This document shows positions 30,710 through 40,961 of a DNA stretch of 64,000 nt, in pieces. Each line of letters opens with the position of its first letter. Within the stretch, counting starts at the first letter, position 1. Under the pieces are notes generated by a model. It searched no databases. It was not told where the DNA came from and saw nothing but the letters and a program-made list of their open reading frames with translations. The position numbers were made by a program, and so were the translations under genes. This DNA comes from Phycisphaerae bacterium (GTDB lineage: Bacteria > Planctomycetota > Phycisphaerae > UBA1845), in NCBI GenBank assembly GCA_963666835.2, contig CAXXGO010000006.1, forward strand, positions 2,176,001 through 2,240,000, given 5' to 3'.

Positions 30710-31978
30710 CTAACCCGTCTTCTCCTTGGGAGCGTCGGCCTGGGCGATCGGCCCGGGCCTCATCTTCGGGAACTTGATGTCTTCGTCGTGGCACTCTGAG
30801 CACGAAGGCGCGGGAGCGAACTGGCCGTCCTCGTGGCAATCCGTGCAGTCGGCGTCCTCGTGGTTATCGTCAAGGACCTGCCCGGTCAGGCTATGGTCGA
30901 AGGAGTCTGCGTCCCAATCCGTATGACACGTGGCGCATTCGTGGTCGAGATCACGGGCAAACAGGAGCCGCTTGTGGCACGCCCGGCACGAAAGCTCCCC
31001 GTGGTGTTTCTGCAAAGCGAATCCCGTCGAGGCGTGATCGAAATGTTTAGGCGAAGGCGTTTCCTCCGTGGAATGGCAGCGTTCGCACGTGTCTTCCCCG
31101 TGGCAGTTGAAGCAGCCGTCATGTGTCATGGGGCCGGTCCCGGCGACCCGCTCGCGCGGCGTATCCGACCGCTCGTGGCACTGGGCGCAGCTCTCGTCGC
31201 GATGGCACCGCTCACATTCGAAGCCGTAGCGCTCGATATGCTCGCGATGCCGGAACATCACGTTGGGCCCGTCTTCGTAGTCCACCTTGCGCAAGATATG
31301 CTCAGGGTTGTCCAGCGGAGGGTGCGCTCCGGCGATGTCCCCATGGTTGAGCAGGTCATTGACCGGCAAAGACTTAGTAGCGTTTCCCTTTGGGAGGTGA
31401 CAGGCCGAGCATTTGGTGTTGTGCGCCCAGGTGCGGTGGCAACCCATACACTGTCGATGGTAAGCGCCTTTGAGGCTCGGCATGCGCATGTCTTCCATCT
31501 TGTCTTTCGAGAAGGTGGCTTTGTGGCAAACGCTGCAGTTGGGATGGGCCTCGCCCGGCGTGGAGTGGTGGTGGCAGGTTTCACACCCGTCGCCCATGTT
31601 GGCCATATCCGCATGCGACTTGTGGGTGAACGGAACGGCCATGAACCGCCGATCCTCCCAGTCGAAGGCATCAAGAAGAAGGACGTCATCCGGCAACTCG
31701 TCGTTGTTAGCGGTGGCGGGAGCCGGCGCAGGACGCGGACACTCTCGCAGGCACGGGGTGGTTTCGGTCGGCTCCGCGCACGCGTGGCACTTCGCGCAAT
31801 CCATTGCGGCAGAGTCTGCGGCGGCGGATCCGGCTTCGCCCGCCGGCGTGGTTGCGGGGCGCGGTCGCGCCGCCGGCCAGGAGCTCGCTAAGGCGACAAG
31901 CGGAATAGCCACCAAGGCGACTACCGCCAAACCGACGAGTTGGGAATAAGCTGCTCGTGAATAGGGTTGCTTCTTCAT
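30710..31978 (-). CDS. Periplasmic multiheme cytochrome c (13 CxxCH, c3/HmcA-like)
   Basis: Signal peptide; 13 CxxCH counted; VPFTHKSH and LKGAYHRQCMGCH c3-type motifs. Confidence 0.92.
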   Translation of the reverse strand: MKKQPYSRAAYSQLVGLAVVALVAIPLVALASSWPAARPRPATTPAGEAGSAAADSAAMDCAKCHACAEPTETTPCLRECPRPAPAPATANNDELPDDVLLLDAFDWEDRRFMAVPFTHKSHADMANMGDGCETCHHHSTPGEAHPNCSVCHKATFSKDKMEDMRMPSLKGAYHRQCMGCHRTWAHNTKCSACHLPKGNATKSLPVNDLLNHGDIAGAHPPLDNPEHILRKVDYEDGPNVMFRHREHIERYGFECERCHRDESCAQCHERSDTPRERVAGTGPMTHDGCFNCHGEDTCERCHSTEETPSPKHFDHASTGFALQKHHGELSCRACHKRLLFARDLDHECATCHTDWDADSFDHSLTGQVLDDNHEDADCTDCHEDGQFAPAPSCSECHDEDIKFPKMRPGPIAQADAPKEKTG

Positions 31979-33168
31979 TTCGCCCTCGCTTTTCCAGGAT
32001 GGGTGATTACGGGGAAGAAGGTCACGATCGTTCGGTAGATGAACATCAACAGAGAGACCAGCCCGATCGACACTGCGAACTCGCCTATCGACGGGAAGTA
32101 GCTCTTCACCGGGTAGAGCGGCTGGTAGCCGATGAGGAAGACGTTAATCCGATTTAGCGTTACGCCCAGGACGATCATCAAGGCGGCGATAAACAGCCAC
32201 TTCGGCGAGTTACGCACTTCTGGTGACAAGAGCATGACAAAAGGTGCGATGACCCCGAAGAGCATCTCGATGATGAACATCGTGCTTTGTACGGAACCCT
32301 CGACTAAATATACGTAGCTGCCCCGGATTGCCATGTCGCCAATCTTGAAACCCAGGTAAATGCCCAGAAGGACCGGGATGTACTTGGCGAGAGCACTGAG
32401 TATCTCCATCTCGGGCTTGAGCTTCAGAGCCCACGAGGCGAACATGGATTCGAATATGACCATCGGGAATCCGACGGCTATGGCCGACAGCAGGAACATG
32501 ATGGTCAGGATCGGAGTCCACCACAGGGGGTGCACCTTCGAAGGCGCAATAACCATCAGGTTCCCCAGCGAGGACTGGTGGGCACACGACAACACCACGC
32601 CCGCGATAATCAGCAGGAACATTATCTTATCGAGCCAGGCGTTCGCCGCTTTCAGGAAACTCCCGATCGGGGCAAAGAACTTGTCGCCCATCAGTCGCTC
32701 GCACACGATCGGGGCGAACTCGAGGTACAGGACGGTCAGGTAGCACGTCACGCAGATACCGACCTCGAACAACGCGGAATTCGGGCTCCACATGGTCGGC
32801 CACAGCGGGTGCCATATATTGTAATAGCGGCCCAGGTCCGCGAGCAGCCCGATAGCCACGAAGGTGTAGCCCAGCATGGCCGTCAGCAGGGCGGGACGTA
32901 CCACTGCGTGATAGTGTTCCCGATGGAAAATGTGGGCCAGCGCCGAAGTGGTGAACCCGCCGGCGGCCAAGGCGACGCCGGTTGCGACATCGAATGCGAT
33001 CCACAATCCCCAGGGGTGTTGCTGATCGAGATTCGTTGTCGAACTGAGACCGAAAATGAAGCGGTAAGCTGCGACACTCGCACCGATGACCACCAAGGCG
33101 AGCATGACGCACACGCCGGGAGTTATCAACTTGCGGTCGACGGGCAACGGTTGATGATGGTCACTCAC
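31975..33168 (-). CDS. NrfD/HybB/HmcC-family membrane subunit
   Basis: PWGLWIAFDV..GVALAAGG, DLGR, HQSSLG; about 10 TM segments. Confidence 0.92.
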   Translation of the reverse strand: MSDHHQPLPVDRKLITPGVCVMLALVVIGASVAAYRFIFGLSSTTNLDQQHPWGLWIAFDVATGVALAAGGFTTSALAHIFHREHYHAVVRPALLTAMLGYTFVAIGLLADLGRYYNIWHPLWPTMWSPNSALFEVGICVTCYLTVLYLEFAPIVCERLMGDKFFAPIGSFLKAANAWLDKIMFLLIIAGVVLSCAHQSSLGNLMVIAPSKVHPLWWTPILTIMFLLSAIAVGFPMVIFESMFASWALKLKPEMEILSALAKYIPVLLGIYLGFKIGDMAIRGSYVYLVEGSVQSTMFIIEMLFGVIAPFVMLLSPEVRNSPKWLFIAALMIVLGVTLNRINVFLIGYQPLYPVKSYFPSIGEFAVSIGLVSLLMFIYRTIVTFFPVITHPGKARAK

Positions 33169-33228
33169 GCTCAGGGCTCCTCTCTTAATCTGTTCGTTGA
33201 AGGGGAATCGGATCGACCTCGCCGAGAT

Positions 33229-34149
33229 TCAGCATTCAGAGTCGGGTTCGGGATCTTCCTCTTCAGGTTTGCTCAGCCACATGGCTGCGCCGAGCAACCC
33301 GAACCACATCATCGGGGGAAGGAAAAACTTGAACTCAGCGTGCTGGATCTTCTCCGTCAACCGAGGCGGAGCCGTAGTATCGAATTGCCGGAACCCGACA
33401 TCCTTGGGTGGAATGCTGGAGAGCCACAGCCACGAAGTTCCCCCGGCCTCGTGCTCGCCGTACACGTGGTCGACGTACGTGTCGGGCTCGTTGCGGATTT
33501 TCTCGTGGGCCAGCTTCAGCAGATCGCTTCTCTTGCCGTAGGTCATTACTTCTGCCGGGCAGATCTTCACACATGCGGGGACCGCCTGGTGATCTGGGAC
33601 CAGATGAGCGCACATGTTGCATTTTCGGACCTGCGGTGTCAGAGGCATGTCGTAGTCGTACGACGGAATCTCAAATGGACAGGCGACCATGCAGTAGCGG
33701 CATCCCATGCAACGGTTGGGTTCATAAACGACCGGGCCATCCTCGCGCTTGCTGAACGCGCTGACGATGCACGCGGACATGCACGCCGGGTCGATGCAGT
33801 GGAGGCAGTTGAATTTGTTGTAAATCGGCGCCTCCGGCGTCGCCGGGTTGGCATACTCGTTGATTACCGTGTGCGAACGCGGGTAAGGTCGGCGCGCCTC
33901 GACGAAGACCGACTTATCTTCGAAATCCTCTACCGGGGGCGGGGAAAAGCCGGCCGCCTCCTGGCAGGCAAACTCGCATCTTCGGCATCCGATGCACTTG
34001 GTCGAGTCCACCAGCACGCCCATCAGGTTTTCAGAGACGTGAGGTCCTTCGCTAGCCAGAGCGCTCTTGGTGGCGCCACCGGCCGCAGTGCTTCCGACGC
34101 CGACAGCCGCCAGGTTCTTAAGGAAGTCCCGTCGCGATACCGCCATCAA
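33229..34149 (-). CDS. HybA/HmcB-like Tat-exported 4x[4Fe-4S] protein
   Basis: SRRDFLK Tat signal; CIGCRRCEFAC, CLHCIDPAC, CMGCRYCMVACPF, KCNMC...PACVKICP; C-terminal TM. Confidence 0.93.
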   Translation of the reverse strand: MMAVSRRDFLKNLAAVGVGSTAAGGATKSALASEGPHVSENLMGVLVDSTKCIGCRRCEFACQEAAGFSPPPVEDFEDKSVFVEARRPYPRSHTVINEYANPATPEAPIYNKFNCLHCIDPACMSACIVSAFSKREDGPVVYEPNRCMGCRYCMVACPFEIPSYDYDMPLTPQVRKCNMCAHLVPDHQAVPACVKICPAEVMTYGKRSDLLKLAHEKIRNEPDTYVDHVYGEHEAGGTSWLWLSSIPPKDVGFRQFDTTAPPRLTEKIQHAEFKFFLPPMMWFGLLGAAMWLSKPEEEDPEPDSEC

Positions 34150-34793
34150 TAGGCCTCCTGTTCAATCCGGATTCTTGGTCTCGCCCAACACTCATTCGCA
34201 AAAGTGTACAGTGTATAGTATAGCGATTCGCGCACCACCGCCGAACGCAAAAGTCGGGTTTGTTGGGGTGGAATCACGTATAAAAGCGTGGACGTGCGGT
34301 AAAGGACGACTGGAGGATGAGAGTCGGAGCGATTCTTGAAGTGTGCCGGCCTTCGTTTGCGCGTTGAGTACCGGGGCTGAGGGCGTTGTCGTTCTCCTTG
34401 CCGGGTGAGCCCGACGATGCGACGGTATACGTTGCACGGGGGTGTAAGATGGGCGGTGGTGGGCGAATGGGTAAGTATTGCGCCGTTTCCGTGGGGCTGC
34501 GCGATGTGTTAACGGTGCAATGACCGCCCTTGTGCAGCTTCGCAACGGCTACCGGTTCAGGTGGCGAAAGACAAGCTCATGTCAGTAGGTGCATGGCGGG
34601 CGCCGGTAAGTAGTCGCGTCCGTTGTTGCGGCGGGCGTCCAACGAGCTCGAAGATGCTGGTGTCGACATCCCAGGTTGGTAAAGGAACGATTGCGAAAGG
34701 GGCTTGCACGGTGCGCTCAACCGCTGCAAAATGCGGCGTTTCTGGGCGCGCGCGCGTCTGGGTTGCTCGTTCTTTCTAGGGAGTGTTATCAGA

Positions 34794-35468
34794 ATGACAA
34801 CACGTGGTGTTTGGGATTACGCGTCGCGTACCGTGGCCGTATTGTCTGTGATCGGTTGCCTGACGTTGGTGATCGGTTGTCCTGTTGCTCCGCCGACACC
34901 GGAGTGCCTGGTTGATACGGATTGTGCCGAGGGCGAGGTCTGTACGGATGGCGTTTGCGTAGAGGAAACGACTCCGGAGTGTACCGAGGACGCTGATTGC
35001 GCCGAGGGCGAAGTCTGTACGGACGGCGTTTGCGTAGAGGAAACGACTCCGGAGTGTACCGAGGACGCTGATTGCGCCGAGGGCGAAGTCTGTACGGACG
35101 GCGTTTGCGTAGAGGAAACGACTCCGGAGTGTACCGAGGACGCTGACTGCGCCGAGGGCGAAGTCTGTACGGATGGCGTTTGCGTAGAGGAAACGACTCC
35201 CGAGTGTACCGAGGACGCTGACTGCGCCGAGGGCGAAGTCTGTACGGATGGCGTCTGCGTAGAGGGAGAGACTCCACTGGACGGCGCCACGCTTTACGCG
35301 GACAACTGTGCCGCTTGCCACGGGGCTGACGGCGCGACCGGTTTTGCCAACGACATCACCGGTATGAGTGCGGCCGACTTGACTACGGGGCTTGAGTCCG
35401 CCACCCATGGTGGCATCGACTTGACTGCCGACGAAGTGAGTGCCATCGCGACGTTCCTGGGCGGGTAG
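34794..35468 (+). CDS. Lipoprotein with five Cys-rich repeats and a C-terminal monoheme cytochrome c
   Basis: LVIGC lipobox; 5 x 25 aa repeat; GATLYADNCAACHG. Confidence 0.85.
   Translation: MTTRGVWDYASRTVAVLSVIGCLTLVIGCPVAPPTPECLVDTDCAEGEVCTDGVCVEETTPECTEDADCAEGEVCTDGVCVEETTPECTEDADCAEGEVCTDGVCVEETTPECTEDADCAEGEVCTDGVCVEETTPECTEDADCAEGEVCTDGVCVEGETPLDGATLYADNCAACHGADGATGFANDITGMSAADLTTGLESATHGGIDLTADEVSAIATFLGG
34899..35273 (+). repeat. 5 x 75 bp coding tandem repeat
   Basis: Units start at 34899, 34974, 35049, 35124 and 35199. Confidence 0.95.
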
Positions 35469-35706
35469 GTTTCGGACCGAGGCATCGCGGCCGGGTCACG
35501 GGAGCGGGCTTTGCTGCAGCGGCGGAATTGCGCTGTGCGCGAAAAGGCCCGAAGGGATGCATACGGCCTTCGAAGGTCGTTACTGCGTTCTAACCGGTGG
35601 GCCGTTGTTGATCACTGCGTCATGGAATACGGGTGGGTGCGCCGGGTCAACGCCCGGTGTCCCGCCCGTTCTCTTTCTTGTCGGCGGCTCGCGCCGTAGT
35701 CGGCGG

Positions 35707-36948
35707 TCAGCTTTCCGCGCCCTTGCTCACCTCCCGGGTGACGTTGGTGGCGTACGCTCCCGGTGGCAGGGCGAAAGACAGCCGGAGGAAGGCTCCGCGT
35801 TCGTCCTCGCCGGCGTCAACTTCAGGCTGCTTCAGGGGCACGCGAAGTGGTCGGCGGGCTCCGTCCAGCTTTGTTCCGTCTCGCGTTCGAACCTCGCCGC
35901 GGGACAGTTCGAACGTCTCGAGGACTGCAGTTTCTCTCTCGCCGGGTCTGCCCTTAGCGGGTTTCATCTTCTTGCCGAACAGGGGGCCGGTCGGGGAGAT
36001 CTCGAACTCGTCGCAACGGGGTTGTTCTACATCGGCATCCTCGACGAGAAAGCACGCACCGTTGCGGTGCTTCCACGCGACGTCGCCGGTCTCGATTCGG
36101 TCAAGCGCCGCGATGCGTTCGGCGAGGATCCGGTTGAACAGCTTGCTTTGAACGGCTGAGACGTAGAGCTTCCGCAGCGTGTGGTCGACTGCGCGCCACG
36201 CTTTGCTGAAATCGCCGTCAGTTGTAACGAGGGTCCGACAGACTCGGGCTTGTTGTGCGAACTTTCGTGGCCAGGCATCAGCCGCGGCGTGGAAATCGCC
36301 CGCATCGAACAACTCTCGAGCCCGGCGCATCGGGCCGTGGTCTGCTGCGGTGGGGCTTCCGAGCATTAGCGTTACGGCGAGCTCGAGATCATCGTGCAGT
36401 ACTGCCATGCCGATGTCAGCGTTATCGCCGCGGACTCCGAAGCGTTGCGGGCCGAAGTAATTGGGAACGCCGCGGGTCGCGAGCACGCCGACGATTCTCC
36501 GGGCGTCCTCCAACCCGGATGGCGCTGCCTTGCGGATCTTGATGCAGAAGCGATTGCCGGCCAGGTGGCCGAGTTTGAGCTTGTTTGTGTGGAGGCCGAC
36601 GGAGAGGATTTTGATCTGAGCCAGACTCAGTGATTCGACCTGGGCGGGATCGACGTGCTCCACGCTGAGGGTCTGGCGGGTGACGCCGTGAGCGTCCTTG
36701 AGCCCGGCGTACCCGATCTCGCGAGGCTTTCTTCCGAGTGCCCGGGCGATCAGATCAATGGCCGCCAACGTTGCGAGTCCGCGCTTCTCTATCGTGAAGT
36801 AGACGTGAGTGCCCCGCCCGGTCGGCAGGTATTGCGGTACCTCCTCGACGAAGAAGTCCTCGTCGAACTGTTTGATGACACCGCCCGTACCGGGCAGGTT
36901 ACAGGTCAAGTAGGGCAGTTCGCCGACGGTCTCATGGAACGAGTTCAT
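35707..36948 (-). CDS. truD: tRNA pseudouridine(13) synthase TruD
   Basis: DFFVEE, YAGLKDAHGVTRQ, GNRF, NYFGPQRFG, F.LP.GAYAT. Confidence 0.96.
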   Translation of the reverse strand: MNSFHETVGELPYLTCNLPGTGGVIKQFDEDFFVEEVPQYLPTGRGTHVYFTIEKRGLATLAAIDLIARALGRKPREIGYAGLKDAHGVTRQTLSVEHVDPAQVESLSLAQIKILSVGLHTNKLKLGHLAGNRFCIKIRKAAPSGLEDARRIVGVLATRGVPNYFGPQRFGVRGDNADIGMAVLHDDLELAVTLMLGSPTAADHGPMRRARELFDAGDFHAAADAWPRKFAQQARVCRTLVTTDGDFSKAWRAVDHTLRKLYVSAVQSKLFNRILAERIAALDRIETGDVAWKHRNGACFLVEDADVEQPRCDEFEISPTGPLFGKKMKPAKGRPGERETAVLETFELSRGEVRTRDGTKLDGARRPLRVPLKQPEVDAGEDERGAFLRLSFALPPGAYATNVTREVSKGAES

Positions 36949-37079
36949 GTTGGTCAATCTATCCGGGACCGAGGCAAGACGGAACTGGACGGCGGATTGG
37001 AATAGCTAATCGACGCGCATAGGTGGGCGTATTTCGTCAAGTTGCCGCCGAGGCGGGCGACGACTACGATGGCCCGACT

Positions 37080-38435
37080 ATGCGTTGGTTGGCCGATTTG
37101 GCGTATTTTCTGGCGGGGATGCTATACCTACCGGTTGCGCTCTACCAGATGGTAGTGCTCGGCAAGAACCGGCGCGGATGGGGCGAGCGATTCGGGCTGG
37201 TGGGCCCGTTTGCCCGATCGAAGCCGCGGCTCTGGATTCACGCGGTATCCCTTGGCGAGGTCAATTGCACTCCTCGGTTGGTTTCCGCCTTGCGCGAGGA
37301 TCTCCCCGATCACGAATTCGTCGTCTCGACCACGACTGACACGGGATTCGCCAGGGCCGTGGAGCTTTATGGCCGGGAGCGCGTCTTTCGGTTTCCCCTG
37401 GACTTCAGCCCGGTGATCAGTCGCGTGCTGGCTCGCTTGGCTCCGTCCCTGATCATATTGGTGGAATTGGAGGTTTGGTTCAACCTGGTACGGCTGGCGG
37501 ATCGGCGGGGGGTTCCGGTGGCCGTGGTCAACGGTCGGCTCACGGAGCGAAGCACGCGGCGTTTTCGATGGCTCGGGGCGCTGGGGATGTCGATGTTTAG
37601 CCGTCTGGCGTGGGTTGGGGCGCAGGATGACGCTATTGCGCGGCGGTTTGAAGCTCTGGGAACGCCTCCGGATCGGATAGAGGTGACGTCGTCTTTAAAA
37701 TGGGATACGGCACTAGTTGCCGACCGGATCGACGGCGAGGAGGCTCTGGCGAAATCGATGGGTATCGCTGCGGATCGCCCGCTTTGGGTGTGCGGGAGCA
37801 CGGGCCCGGGCGAAGAGAAGATCATTCTCAGTGCCTATCGTCAATTGTTACAGGAATTGGGCGGTTTGGCACAAGGCGTGCATAGCGGTCCGGAGGTGTC
37901 TGTGGGTATCGGACTACCCGCTCTCGCCGTTGTCCCGCGCAAGCCCGAGCGGTTTGACGAGGTTGCCCGCCTTATCGAGCGGGCCGGCTTCTCATGCGTT
38001 CGCCGTAGTGACAACCCGGACGGCAGCGATCCGGGAGTCCAACCGTCAGCGGTGATGCTCGGGGACACGATGGGAGAGTTGCGGAAGTTCTATTCGCTGG
38101 CCACCGTGGTCTTCGTCGGGCGGTCTCTGGTGCCGATGGGCGGGTCGGACCCAATGGAGGCGGCAGCGCTGGGTAAGCCGGTGCTGGTGGGGCCGCACAC
38201 GGCGAACTTCCGAATTCCGGTCGAAGCGCTGGCGAGGCGTGACGCCATCCGTATAGTAGCTTCTCCGGACCAGCTCTCGGGTGCGGTTCTTGCGATGCTC
38301 CAAGATCCCTCGGCAGCACTGGCCCTGGGGCAGCGTGGCCGGGAAGTGGTGACGCGAAACCAGGGCGCGACGAAACGTACTGCCGCCGCGGTGGTCGGCC
38401 TGCTCGCCGCTGCCCGATCCGGTTCTGTACGGTGA
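37080..38435 (+). CDS. waaA: Kdo transferase
   Basis: WIHAVSLGE, TTTDTG, PLD, NGRL, VPRKPERF, DTMGEL, FVGRSL..GG. Confidence 0.93.
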   Translation: MRWLADLAYFLAGMLYLPVALYQMVVLGKNRRGWGERFGLVGPFARSKPRLWIHAVSLGEVNCTPRLVSALREDLPDHEFVVSTTTDTGFARAVELYGRERVFRFPLDFSPVISRVLARLAPSLIILVELEVWFNLVRLADRRGVPVAVVNGRLTERSTRRFRWLGALGMSMFSRLAWVGAQDDAIARRFEALGTPPDRIEVTSSLKWDTALVADRIDGEEALAKSMGIAADRPLWVCGSTGPGEEKIILSAYRQLLQELGGLAQGVHSGPEVSVGIGLPALAVVPRKPERFDEVARLIERAGFSCVRRSDNPDGSDPGVQPSAVMLGDTMGELRKFYSLATVVFVGRSLVPMGGSDPMEAAALGKPVLVGPHTANFRIPVEALARRDAIRIVASPDQLSGAVLAMLQDPSAALALGQRGREVVTRNQGATKRTAAAVVGLLAAARSGSVR

Positions 38436-38585
38436 TTATGGAATAAGTGGGTGCCGGGTCGATGCTCGGTAGCCCTTGGTAAGCGTGGGGATGTGAAAGA
38501 CCTTACGTATCGAATGCTATAAACGTTGGATGTCGGTGCGAGGCGTCCGTGCCCGGCTGAGTCTACTTGTGCAGGAGTAAAGAAC

Positions 38586-40574
38586 ATGAGCGATAGTGTC
38601 AGCGCGACCTCGGCTCCTTCAGGAGCTGATGTCTATCAACCCCCGAGTGAACTCGCTTCCCGGGCGCACATCAAGTCCTTTGAGCAGTACAAGGAAATGT
38701 ATGAGCGCTCCATCAACGACCCGGATGGGTTCTGGGGCGATGTAGCCAACGAGTTCCACTGGGAGAAGAAGTGGGACAAGGTCCGCGAGTACGATTTCAA
38801 GGGGTCGATTTCGATCAAGTACTTCGCCGGCGGCAAGACGAACATCACGTACAACGCGCTCGACCGCCATTTGGAGAAGCGCGGCGATCAGGTCGCGATT
38901 CTCTGGGAAGGCAACGAGCCGACCGAAGACGCCAAGCTCACCTATCGTGAGCTGTATACCGAGGTCTGCAAGTTTGCCAACGTGCTCAAGAGCCGCGGCG
39001 TCAAGAAGGGCGATCGGGTCTCGATCTACATGCCGATGGTCAAGGAATTGGCCATTGCGATGCTGGCCTGTGCTCGTATCGGTGCGGTGCACTCGATCGT
39101 GTTCGGCGGGTTCAGTCCGGATTCGCTGGCGGATCGGATCGTCGACTCCACTTGTGAGTTCCTGGTCACGACCGACGGCGTGATGCGTGGGGCCAAGGCC
39201 GTGCCGCTGAAGGGCAATGCCGACGCGGCGATGGAGATCAGTGCGAAGCAGGGCGTGAACGTCAAGACCTGCGTGGTATACGAGCGGGTGGGGGCGGACA
39301 AGGCCAAGATCGAGATGAAGGACGGCCGGGATGTCTGGTGGCACGAGGTGATGAAAGACGCCTCAGCCGATTGCCCGCCGGAGTGGATGGACGCCGAAGA
39401 TCCACTGTTCATCCTGTACACGTCGGGTTCGACCGGCAAGCCCAAGGGCGTGCTGCACACGGTCGGCGGTTACATGGTCTATACGACCGTTACGTTCCGG
39501 TACATCTTCGACTACCACGAAGGCGACATCTACTGGTGTACGGCCGACATCGGCTGGGTTACGGGGCATTCCTACATCGTGTACGGCCCGCTCTGTGCGG
39601 GAGCTACGACGTTGATGTTCGAAGGCGTTCCGACTTACCCGGATGCGGGCCGGTTCTGGGATGTGGTCGACAAATACAAGGTTACGCAGTTCTACACCGC
39701 GCCGACGGCCATTCGCGCAATCATGCGTGAAGGCGACGGTCCGGTGAAGGCGCGGAGCCGCAAGAGCCTGCGTTTGCTCGGTAGCGTCGGCGAGCCCATC
39801 AATCCGGAAGCCTGGCGGTGGTATTACGAGGTGGTCGGCGACAGCCGGTGCCCGATCGTCGACACTTGGTGGCAGACGGAGACTGGCGGTATTCTGATTA
39901 CGCCATTGCCGGGAGCCATTGCGTTGAAGCCCGGTTCGGCGACTCTTCCGTTCTTCGGGGTCAAGCCGAAATTGCTCGAGCCGGAAGGCAAGGAGATTGT
40001 CGGCGCCGGTGCGGGTGTGCTCTGTATGGAAGAGCCCTGGCCGGGGATCATGCGGACGGTTTACGGACAGCATGATCGCTTCAAGGAGACGTACTTCAGC
40101 ACCTATCCGGGTTTGTACTTCACGGGTGACGGGTGCCGCCGCGACGAGGACGGCTACTACTGGATCACCGGGCGCGTTGACGATGTCATTAACGTATCCG
40201 GGCACCGCATGGGTACGGCCGAGGTCGAAAGCGCGCTGGTTTCCCATGATAAGGTCACCGAGGCCGCGGTGGTCGGCTTCCCGCACGAAATCAAGGGGCA
40301 GGGCATCTACGCCTACGTCACCTTGAAGGCCGGCGAGGAGTATACCGATGCGTTGAAGAAGGAGCTGGTCATGCACGTGCGTAAGGAGATCGGCCCGATC
40401 GCAGCTCCTGATGTCATCCATTGGGCACCGGGGTTGCCGAAGACGCGGTCCGGCAAGATCATGCGGCGGATTCTCCGGAAGATCGCCGAAGGTGAGCCGG
40501 ATAAGGTCGGTGACGTCTCCACGCTGGCTGATCCGAGTGTGGTGCAGCATCTGGTGGATACGTATAAGAAGTAA
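38586..40574 (+). CDS. acs: Acetyl-CoA synthetase
   Basis: [44 protein letters not shown]. Confidence 0.98.
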   Translation: MSDSVSATSAPSGADVYQPPSELASRAHIKSFEQYKEMYERSINDPDGFWGDVANEFHWEKKWDKVREYDFKGSISIKYFAGGKTNITYNALDRHLEKRGDQVAILWEGNEPTEDAKLTYRELYTEVCKFANVLKSRGVKKGDRVSIYMPMVKELAIAMLACARIGAVHSIVFGGFSPDSLADRIVDSTCEFLVTTDGVMRGAKAVPLKGNADAAMEISAKQGVNVKTCVVYERVGADKAKIEMKDGRDVWWHEVMKDASADCPPEWMDAEDPLFILYTSGSTGKPKGVLHTVGGYMVYTTVTFRYIFDYHEGDIYWCTADIGWVTGHSYIVYGPLCAGATTLMFEGVPTYPDAGRFWDVVDKYKVTQFYTAPTAIRAIMREGDGPVKARSRKSLRLLGSVGEPINPEAWRWYYEVVGDSRCPIVDTWWQTETGGILITPLPGAIALKPGSATLPFFGVKPKLLEPEGKEIVGAGAGVLCMEEPWPGIMRTVYGQHDRFKETYFSTYPGLYFTGDGCRRDEDGYYWITGRVDDVINVSGHRMGTAEVESALVSHDKVTEAAVVGFPHEIKGQGIYAYVTLKAGEEYTDALKKELVMHVRKEIGPIAAPDVIHWAPGLPKTRSGKIMRRILRKIAEGEPDKVGDVSTLADPSVVQHLVDTYKK

Positions 40575-40646
40575 TCTGCGGTTCTCTCCGGTTGCGGACG
40601 GGTAGCCTGTCCGTGGCAAAGCCGGGTGGACAGGCCGAAGAATCAA

Positions 40647-40684
40647 GCGGGGCGGGCTCCAAGAGTCCGCCCCGCCTTTTTTTT
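40647..40684 (+). terminator. Rho-independent terminator after acs
   Basis: GCGGGGCGGGCTC-CAA-GAGTCCGCCCCGC followed by T8. Confidence 0.9.
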
Positions 40685-40687
40685 GGC

Positions 40688-40941
40688 GAATGACAAGATC
40701 ATGGCAGAATCGTCCGGGGTAAGGTTGTCTGAACATGGGGGGCGATGACGATAGCCGCTGGTAGTCGGCGGCAGGTCTCGTTCCTCGACCATGCCCTACG
40801 GAGGTCGGGTGGCCCATGTTCTCTTGGGTCTGGAGAATGACAAGATTATGTCAGAATCGTCCGGGGTAAGGTTGTCTGAACATGGGGGAGCCGATGACGA
40901 TAGTCGCTGGCAGGTCTCGTGCCTCGACCATGCCCTACGGA
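40688..40941. repeat. Two ~110 bp direct repeats (40688-40802, 40835-40941), each ending in a family A REP
   Basis: GAATGACAAGAT...GAATCGTCCGGGGTAAGGTTGTCTGAACATGGGGG...CAGGTCTCGT.CCTCGACCATGCCCTAC occurs twice. Confidence 0.88.
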
Positions 40942-40961
40942 AGGTGCGGCCCATTTCTGGG

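Noticed and set aside
32530..34152. 540 aa plus-strand ORF (similarly 39363-40817 and 50662-51924)
   Set aside because: Antisense to well-supported genes (NrfD/Fe-S module, acs, dnaE).
34899..35273. Possible CRISPR array
   Set aside because: Contiguous 75 bp units with no unique spacers; in-frame coding repeat; no cas genes in the window.
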